Source of the DNA: Candidatus Eiseniibacteriota bacterium
GTDB taxonomy: Bacteria; Eisenbacteria; RBG-16-71-46
Direction: 5' to 3'
DNA length: 12,577 nt
NCBI GenBank assembly: GCA_031370785.1
Contig: JANMQY010000128.1
Span: forward strand, 1 to 12,577
A program made the position numbers and the translations under genes. Of this stretch, positions 1 through 5,198 are shown piece after piece. The notes beneath the pieces are model-generated. The model searched no databases and had not been told where the DNA came from. It saw nothing but the letters and a program-made list of their open reading frames with translations. The first letter of the stretch is position 1. Every line of letters begins with the position of its first letter.

Positions 1-86
1 GGGCTCTCGCCAGCGCGAACGAGCTCGATCAGCCGAGCTCGAAACTCATCCGGATACGGCGGCGGTGGTGCAGACTTCTTTGGCAT
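1..86 (-). CDS. IS3-family transposase OrfA, N-terminal part (cut by window edge; not in ORF track)
   Basis: ATG at 86 gives MPKKSAPPPPYPDEFRARLIELVRAGES..., matching the typical OrfA start 'PPYPxEFRxxxxELVRAGxSP'. Confidence 0.85.
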   Translation of the reverse strand, partial: MPKKSAPPPPYPDEFRARLIELVRAGES

Positions 87-140
87 CGTGGGACCCTCCG
101 ACCCAAATGGTCAGGTGTCCACGAAATCGGGTCAACTCCA
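1..140 (-). mobile_element. IS3-family insertion sequence, left end (runs off the window to the left)
   Basis: Minus strand from 140 reads TGGAGTTGACCCGATTTCGTGGACACC, an IS3-type terminal IR starting 5'-TG. It is followed by a GGAGG RBS and an OrfA-like start. Confidence 0.85.
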
Positions 141-253
141 AAAGGGTACCGACCGCGCGGGGGGACTTCGGCCGTTGGGGCAAGGGGACTAAGGAAAGCA
201 AAGAGGATACGCGACAAAGCGGAATGGGTACAGGGTATTCCCACGAAACCATC

Positions 254-276
254 TGGCGTCCCCAACGGGATTCGAA
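254..276 (-). other. att core-like site: isolated 3' fragment of a tRNA-Glu gene
   Basis: Minus strand TTCGAATCCCGTTGGGGACGCCA is a T-loop, 3' T-stem, acceptor strand and CCA, like the E. coli tRNA-Glu 3' end (TTCGAATCCCCTAGGGGACGCCA). The upstream sequence cannot form the 5' T-stem, so this is not a full tRNA. Confidence 0.75.
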
Positions 277-326
277 GCGGAGAAGCAGGGCGAACCAACG
301 TCGCAACCCGTCGACCAAACGCGCAA

Positions 327-339
327 AGACAACGACTTG
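327..339 (+). promoter_or_regulatory. possible IHF-binding site in the att arm
   Basis: AGACAACGACTTG partly matches WATCAANNNNTTR and lies between the att core and the arm repeats. Confidence 0.35.
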
Positions 340-384
340 CGCGAGGAGTCAGACGACGGTAGTGGACGGGAGTAGACGCAGGAC

Positions 385-417
385 GGGGACAGTTTGGGGA
401 CAATTGAGGGACAGTCT
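385..417 (+). repeat. three tandem 11-bp direct repeats, probable tyrosine-integrase arm-type sites
   Basis: GGGGACAGTTT / GGGGACAATTG / AGGGACAGTCT in perfect 11-bp register, about 110 bp from the att core. Confidence 0.65.
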
Positions 418-424
418 GAGGCCC

Positions 425-1420
425 TCAGGGCTCTGTGCGCGGAGAGCGAGGCGACCAGCTCAGAGTGAACACCAACGGTTGATCGCCCTGTTCGCCGCGC
501 ACCTTCGAGTAGATCGGAATGCCCACACTCAACGCCAGCGAACCGACGGGACCGATCGCGTGCCCGGCGCCAAGCGAGAGCAGTGCGTCCGTCCGGCCCA
601 GGTTTCCTTCCTCCTCAAGCCGTCCGTTCCAATGCTCCGCTTGTTCCCGCGTGATGTCGAGAGCGAGGCTTCCACTGCCCTGCCGAGGGAGCGAATGGGT
701 GAGGGTGAGATTCCCATTGAAGCGATCGCCAGCTTGGAAGCCGTGCGCGTTTTGGTTGAACACTAGGTGCGCCTGTGCGGTGGTCGAGAGCGTTCCGTGG
801 CCCAACTCACGTCCAGCGGCCACAGCAAGGACAGGATCCCAGGTGCCGGTGCCGAACTGGAAATGATCATGCGGCAGGCCAAGGCGTCCGAGCGCGAAAG
901 GATTCGGCTCAGTCCGGCCAATCGGAATGGATAGCCCCACTCGGCCGGCGAGACTCCAAACCTCACCGGCTCTCGCGATGTGCAGCGACAGCGTGGGGTC
1001 GGCTAGGCGCACCGGCGTCTCATTGCGGTGGTGACCATCCGGGTATTGGAGGGTGTAGGGCCGCCGAGCGACGTCCTCGTACCGGATGCGGCTGCGGATG
1101 AGCCGTAGGGGCACGAGCAGCTCAAGCCCGGCCCCCGGTCGAAACCCACGTGCCACGGTGAGATCAAGCTCGCCGACCGTGATCGTCTGGACGTGCCAGT
1201 AGTGAATCGACGAGTCCTGAAAGGCCGTCGTCGGGTGCTCGTTGTGAAAGCGGCCGCCGGTCAGGCTGGCGTTCCATCGCCACGCCGCAGGATCGGGCGG
1301 CAACAGCTCGAACCTGCCGACCGGCAGGTTGGGGTTGCTTCAGCCAGCTCAGGTCCAGCCGGTCGTCGGAGAGAACCCGAGGGCGACGACCGAGAGGATG
1401 ATGACGAGCGGACGCCTCAC
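425..1420 (-). CDS. predicted selenoprotein (Sec24, Sec27; UxxU motif): exported, His-rich, outer-membrane beta-barrel 'transporter'-like protein, 331 aa
   Basis: GTG at 1420 overlaps the upstream TGA (GTGA). Translation is MRRPLVIILSVVALGFSPTTGWT-TGA-AG-TGA-SNPNLPVGRFELLPPDP..., in frame with ORF 425..1303. The TGAs are at 1351-1349 and 1342-1340, followed by a SECIS-like hairpin. The body has amphipathic beta-strands and motifs LADPTL, GLSIPIG and QFGTGTWD, resembling PF13557-like barrels. Confidence 0.75.
1300..1339 (-). promoter_or_regulatory. bacterial SECIS-like element
   Basis: Perfect 8-bp stem AACCUGCC-GGUC-GGCAGGUU (1330..1311) starting 9 nt after the second UGA, with a G-first loop. 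Its core UGCcGGUCgGCA parallels fdhF UGCaGGUCuGCA. A lower stem GCAAC/GUUGC is possible. Confidence 0.7.
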
Positions 1421-2082
1421 CCTTTGATGCCGAGCGCAGCGTTGAGTTTCTTCGGGTCGTTCCCGCGGATGTCCGTGCGCTTGCCAGTTGGGTCGAAGAC
1501 CACGACGTAGGGCAGCGACTTCAGCTTGCCGCCGAGTTCGCGAGCAAGGCGTGACTCGAAGTCGACGACGTTGAGCTTGCGAATGGCGACATCCTTCCGT
1601 TCCGTCATGACTTCGCGCAGATGCTTGTCAACAACGTGGCAGGGTCCACACCAGTCGGCGTAGAAGTCGAGCACCGTGTACTTACCCGGTACGCGGAGCT
1701 TCTCGAGCGGCCCAACCGCGTCGCCCTTCGCGGTCACAACCATCATGTCCGCGCCTTCCGGATACGGCTCGGGCTGATAGGCGGCCGGCCTCGCGCCGTT
1801 GCCAGCGCCAACGAGAGCGCGATAGCAACCCTGACGCTCGAAAGCATCGATCACGACTCGGTCCGGAACATTGTCCGCCAGCGTGATGGTGAACTCGGAC
1901 TTCTTGGGATCGAAGGACCACTTCTTCACGCCCTTGAGCTTCTTGAGGTAGGGGGCGACCTCTTCCTCGCAGTTGCCGCAGTTTGACCCCTGGGCTGAGA
2001 ACACCTGCACACGGTCAGCCCAAGCCGAAGTCGCGATCACGAGAGAGAACAGTACTGTGAGACCGAGCCTGCACCGCATCAT
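1417..2082 (-). CDS. exported HMA (heavy-metal-associated) domain-thioredoxin fusion protein
   Basis: AAGGAG RBS before ATG ATG (2082/2079); signal peptide ending AWA; GSNCGNC HMA-like motif; C-terminal domain with VLDFYADWCGPC and the cis-Pro motif SLPYVVVFD. Confidence 0.85.
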   Translation of the reverse strand: MMRCRLGLTVLFSLVIATSAWADRVQVFSAQGSNCGNCEEEVAPYLKKLKGVKKWSFDPKKSEFTITLADNVPDRVVIDAFERQGCYRALVGAGNGARPAAYQPEPYPEGADMMVVTAKGDAVGPLEKLRVPGKYTVLDFYADWCGPCHVVDKHLREVMTERKDVAIRKLNVVDFESRLARELGGKLKSLPYVVVFDPTGKRTDIRGNDPKKLNAALGIKG

Positions 2083-2101
2083 GAGACTCCTTGTCGAAGT
2101 A

Positions 2102-2145
2102 GAACGAGCAAGGGGCCGAAACGCTCTCGGCCCCTCTCGCTGTTC
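2102..2145 (-). terminator. intergenic stem-loop (weak terminator or mRNA stability element)
   Basis: 9-bp perfect inverted repeat AGGGGCCGA (2111-2119) / TCGGCCCCT (2127-2135) with an imperfect outer stem. The minus-strand tail is pyrimidine-rich but not poly-U. Confidence 0.4.
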
Positions 2146-2156
2146 AGAGTGACTTC

Positions 2157-2267
2157 TTATGGGCAGAGCGGACACTTTCCAGGGCACCGCCACGAGGCCG
2201 CCCACGTGATGACACTAGGTGCAACCACGAGTACTGCACCAACGATTACAACCCAGAGACGCTTCAT
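2157..2267 (-). CDS. 36-aa signal/TM peptide with Cys-rich tail (not in ORF track)
   Basis: ATG overlaps the merR stop (ATGA), with AAGGAGG 8 nt upstream. Translation: MKRLWVVIVGAVLVVAPSVITWAASWRCPGKCPLCP*. Confidence 0.7.
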   Translation of the reverse strand: MKRLWVVIVGAVLVVAPSVITWAASWRCPGKCPLCP

Positions 2268-2698
2268 CGAGAGACCCTCCTTCCAGAGACGCGTTTGCTG
2301 ACCAGCTCTTCGATCACCGGGCATTCTCTAAGCGGCAGCACGTGCGGACAGGCGTCCCGCAGCGTTAGCAGCCGTCGGCGCTGCGCCCGAAGCTTGGCGA
2401 GTAGCTGATCCATGTGGTCGAGCTTGACCTGCACCGTTGCGCAAACGTCCTCGCAGTTCGCCCGCGAGTCGTTCATCGCATCGAGCAGCGCCGCGATCTC
2501 AGGCAAACTGAACCCGAGGGCTTGCGCTCGCTTGATGAGCTGGATCCGCTCGAGCGTTTCGGCCCCATAGCGGCGATGGCCGCTTACCGTACGACCTGGC
2601 TTCGGCAGAAGCCCCCGGCGCTCGTAGAACCGCAGGGTTTCCACGTTGACGCCAGCCACCCGAGCCAGCTCACCGCTACTCATCAATGCGCGGTCCAT
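2264..2698 (-). CDS. merR: MerR-family metal-responsive transcriptional regulator, 144 aa
   Basis: GGAGGAG RBS before ATG 2698; HTH GELARVAGVNVETLRFYERRGLL. Cys fall at 82, 117 and 126 (plus 86), the positions of the Hg(II) ligands in Tn21/Tn501 MerR. Confidence 0.9.
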   Translation of the reverse strand: MDRALMSSGELARVAGVNVETLRFYERRGLLPKPGRTVSGHRRYGAETLERIQLIKRAQALGFSLPEIAALLDAMNDSRANCEDVCATVQVKLDHMDQLLAKLRAQRRRLLTLRDACPHVLPLRECPVIEELVSKRVSGRRVSR

Positions 2699-2714
2699 CC
2701 CGACTCCTCCAGAT

Positions 2715-2746
2715 AGGATGCATCCAGTACTCAAGTACGGGTTCAA
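2715..2746 (-). promoter_or_regulatory. MerR-type promoter/operator
   Basis: -35 TTGAAC (2746-2741), a long 20-bp spacer containing the dyad CCGTAC-TTGA-GTACTGG (mer operator: CCGTAC-ATGA-GTACGG), and a candidate -10 CATCCT (2720-2715). Confidence 0.8.
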
Positions 2747-2822
2747 GGGGATTCTAGCAGCGTCGGGATCAGAGAGGTGGAGGCCGCACTCTAGGGTGTA
2801 AATGCATCAGCGGCAGCAGTTC

Positions 2823-2851
2823 TTGACCTTCTACGACGTGCGTCGTAGGTT
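2823..2851 (+). promoter_or_regulatory. sigma70-type promoter with overlapping BlaI/CopY-type operator; probably leaderless
   Basis: TTGACC-17 bp-TAGGTT; perfect palindrome CTACGACG-TG-CGTCGTAG (2831-2848); ATG 6 nt after the -10 with no RBS. Confidence 0.7.
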
Positions 2852-2857
2852 CGCTGC

Positions 2858-3256
2858 ATGATCACCCATCCGCAACTGCCGGGCGGCGCACTGGAATATG
2901 CGGTGCTGCTGACGATCCTTGATCTCGGCCGTGCATCGGCGCGCGAGATTCACGCGCGTGCTGGTGAGCCGAAGGGCTTGGTCTACACGACGACCGCCAA
3001 GGTGCTCGACCGGTTGCTCGCGAAACGGCTGGTCCGCCGCCAGCCGCACGGTCGAACGTTTCTCTACGAGCCCGCCATCGAGCGCGCGGTTCTCGAACGG
3101 GCCCGGGTTCGTGAAGCCCTTTCCCGGCTCTTCGGCGACGCCCCGTTGCCGGCGATGGCAACGCTGGTCGACGCCATGGAATCCCTGGATTCGGCGCTCT
3201 TGGACGAGCTCGCGCGGGAAGTCGCGGCGCGCAGAAGGCGGCGTCGTGGATCGTGA
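2858..3256 (+). CDS. BlaI/MecI/CopY family transcriptional repressor
   Basis: LEYAVLLTILDLGRASAREIH...LVYTTTAKVLDRLLAKRLVRRQPHGRTFLYEP, a winged-helix family pattern. Confidence 0.9.
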   Translation: MITHPQLPGGALEYAVLLTILDLGRASAREIHARAGEPKGLVYTTTAKVLDRLLAKRLVRRQPHGRTFLYEPAIERAVLERARVREALSRLFGDAPLPAMATLVDAMESLDSALLDELAREVAARRRRRRGS

Positions 3257-4082
3257 ACTCGTCTTGCTGATTCTCGTTCCATCAATCGCCGGACCGCTGA
3301 TGACTCTCGCGGGATGGTGGGCGCCTCGTCGGCCAGAAGGCACGTGCGCGACGCTCATGGAGCGGGTGCATTGGCGAGATCTCTGGATGCCCTGCGTTCC
3401 AGTCGCTGTGTTCGCGTCGTTGCTCATGGGATGGGCGATGACGGAGCCCGAACACGCTGAGGCCGCGCACGGACTGGTCGGAGTCCTGGCTACGGTGTTC
3501 ACGGCCGTGTGGGTCCGCGCGGTGTTCCGGGCGGCCTCGTCGCTGCTTCGCCGCCCGGTCGAGCAGCCGGCGTGCACGGTGGGTTTGCTGCGACCACGGG
3601 TCCGCCTGTCGCAGGCGTTGCTCGATACCCTTGATCCCGACGCCATCGAAGCGGCTCGGGCGCACGAGGAAGCACATGCCCGCCACTACGACCCGCTGCG
3701 TTTGTGGTTGGGTCAGCTCGTCACCGATCTCCAATGGCCGGCGGCCGCGCCGCGTGAACGACTGCGGGCCTGGCAGCGGACGCTGGAACTCGCGCGAGAC
3801 GAGGAGGCGCGACGGCATGGAGTGCGAGGCGACGATCTGGCGGCAGCAATCGTTGCAGCAGCGCGGCTCGGGGCGAGCATGTGTGCCTCGAGCGCGGCGT
3901 TGATGGGAAACGGTTCACGATTACGGGAGCGGATCCGCCGGGCACTCGCGCCGCTCACCTCACCGCCCGCCAAGGATTCGGGCCGTGTGCATCGCGCGAT
4001 CGCTCTACTGGTGATGTGCGTCGGCGCCGCCGTGGCTGGCCTTCATCTGGGCGAGTCGATGATGAGAGCGATTCTCCGTTGA
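3246..4082 (+). CDS. M56 (BlaR1/MecR1-like) membrane zinc metallopeptidase
   Basis: Probable GTG at 3246 overlapping the repressor end; N-terminal TM helices; ACTVGLLRPRVRLS, HEEAH (HExxH) and ELARDEEA motifs; no C-terminal penicillin-binding domain. Confidence 0.85.
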   Translation: MDRELVLLILVPSIAGPLMTLAGWWAPRRPEGTCATLMERVHWRDLWMPCVPVAVFASLLMGWAMTEPEHAEAAHGLVGVLATVFTAVWVRAVFRAASSLLRRPVEQPACTVGLLRPRVRLSQALLDTLDPDAIEAARAHEEAHARHYDPLRLWLGQLVTDLQWPAAAPRERLRAWQRTLELARDEEARRHGVRGDDLAAAIVAAARLGASMCASSAALMGNGSRLRERIRRALAPLTSPPAKDSGRVHRAIALLVMCVGAAVAGLHLGESMMRAILR

Positions 4083-4093
4083 GGGACGCAAAG

Positions 4094-5155
4094 ATGAGTG
4101 CACGAGTGAAGCAAGGCTTTCTCACTCTGATCGTGATTGCAGTCTTGGCGATCATGGTTTGGTTCTTCATGGAGCATCGCGAGGACCGCGAAAAAGAAGC
4201 AGAACGTGAGCGGCCCGCGACTGCCGAAGCTCCGGTGCGACGGTCGCCTAGTGGGGAGTCCGTGGTCACGCTCGACCTCGAGGCGCAGCAGCAGATCGGA
4301 CTGCGTGACACTCTGCTGGCCGTTCGCGGTGCAACTCCGGAAATGCTCGCCTTCGGCCAGGTCGTCGATCCATCGACGCTGGTAACCCTCGATGGTGACC
4401 TGTCGGCGGCGGAAGCGACCGCGCGTGCCTCACGGGCCATGTTTGAGCGGGCGAAGACACTTCGGCAGTCTGAGGTGTTCTCGCAGGCGGAGTTTGAGGC
4501 AGCCGAGGCCCACTACCGCGCGGACGAGTCCCGGCGTCGCCAGGCCGAGCAGCAGATGGCGGCCGAGTGGGGCGACTGGATCTCCGCGCAGTCACCGGCG
4601 GATCGCCACGCGCTGATCGAGCGGATCGCGGAGCGGAAGCTCGCATTGGCACGAGTGAGCCTGCCGCCCGGCGAGTCCGCGCGGCCTCGATTGGTGAATA
4701 CGCGGATCGAGGTTCTGGGCCAGGAAGCGAAGCCCCTCAAGCCCACTCGCATTCTCGAAGCGCCGTCGAGCGATCCGCGGACTCCGGGCGCGAGCTACTT
4801 CCTGCTATTCGCTCCCGCGAGTTTCGCGGTGAGGCCGGGCGATGCCGTCTCCGCGCGCTTCCCGGGAGCAGCCGCTCCGCTCCGCGGCCTCGTGGTTCCA
4901 CACGATGCCGCCGTTCGATACGGCGGCCAGGTCTGGGCCTACGTGCGAGTCGGACCCGAGCAGTTTGCCCGCCGAACCGTTTCGACGGAGCAGCCGACAG
5001 TAAATGGATGGCTCGTGAGTTCCGGATTCGCTTCGGGCGAGCGTCTGGTCGTCGTGGGAGCGCAGGCGCTGCTCTCTGAAGAGTTCAAGTCCCAGATTCA
5101 GGTTGGAGAAGAGGGCGACAAAGAGAAGGAGCGTGAGGGGAAAAAAAGCCGATGA
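4094..5155 (+). CDS. RND efflux periplasmic adaptor (membrane fusion protein)
   Basis: Probable ATG at 4094; N-terminal TM anchor, coiled coil, and C-terminal VVPHDAAVRYGGQVWAYV...GERLVVVGAQALLSEE; adjacent to the RND permease. Confidence 0.88.
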   Translation: MSARVKQGFLTLIVIAVLAIMVWFFMEHREDREKEAERERPATAEAPVRRSPSGESVVTLDLEAQQQIGLRDTLLAVRGATPEMLAFGQVVDPSTLVTLDGDLSAAEATARASRAMFERAKTLRQSEVFSQAEFEAAEAHYRADESRRRQAEQQMAAEWGDWISAQSPADRHALIERIAERKLALARVSLPPGESARPRLVNTRIEVLGQEAKPLKPTRILEAPSSDPRTPGASYFLLFAPASFAVRPGDAVSARFPGAAAPLRGLVVPHDAAVRYGGQVWAYVRVGPEQFARRTVSTEQPTVNGWLVSSGFASGERLVVVGAQALLSEEFKSQIQVGEEGDKEKEREGKKSR

Positions 5156-5198
5156 TCGCCCTCGTCGGCTACTGTAATCCTTCACGAAACGGCTCGGC

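Noticed and set aside
254..330. Intact tRNA-Glu gene
   Set aside because: Only the 3' 23 nt are tRNA-like; there is no complementary 5' T-stem or 5' acceptor strand.
385..417. CRISPR array or iterons
   Set aside because: Three 11-bp units without spacers and no cas or rep gene; the att-arm context fits better.
29..766. ORFs 65..766 (+), 29..403 (-) and 46..318 (-)
   Set aside because: They cross the IS end, att site or the antisense strand of a real gene, and show no recognisable motifs.
1340..1351. TGAs as pseudogene stops or as genome-wide UGA=Trp/Gly recoding
   Set aside because: CxxC spacing, the SECIS-like hairpin and an otherwise intact frame argue against decay. Most neighbouring genes end in TGA and Trp is encoded by TGG. 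Not fully excluded without the sel genes.
1349..1420. Lipoprotein signal with Sec as the lipidated residue
   Set aside because: GWT-U does not fit the [LVI][ASTVI][GAS]C lipobox; signal peptidase I cleavage is more plausible.
2083..2205. Long N-terminal extensions in the ORF track (also 2746, 2919, 3881, 11092 starts)
   Set aside because: They overlap promoters or other genes; RBS position and family N-termini support the shorter starts.
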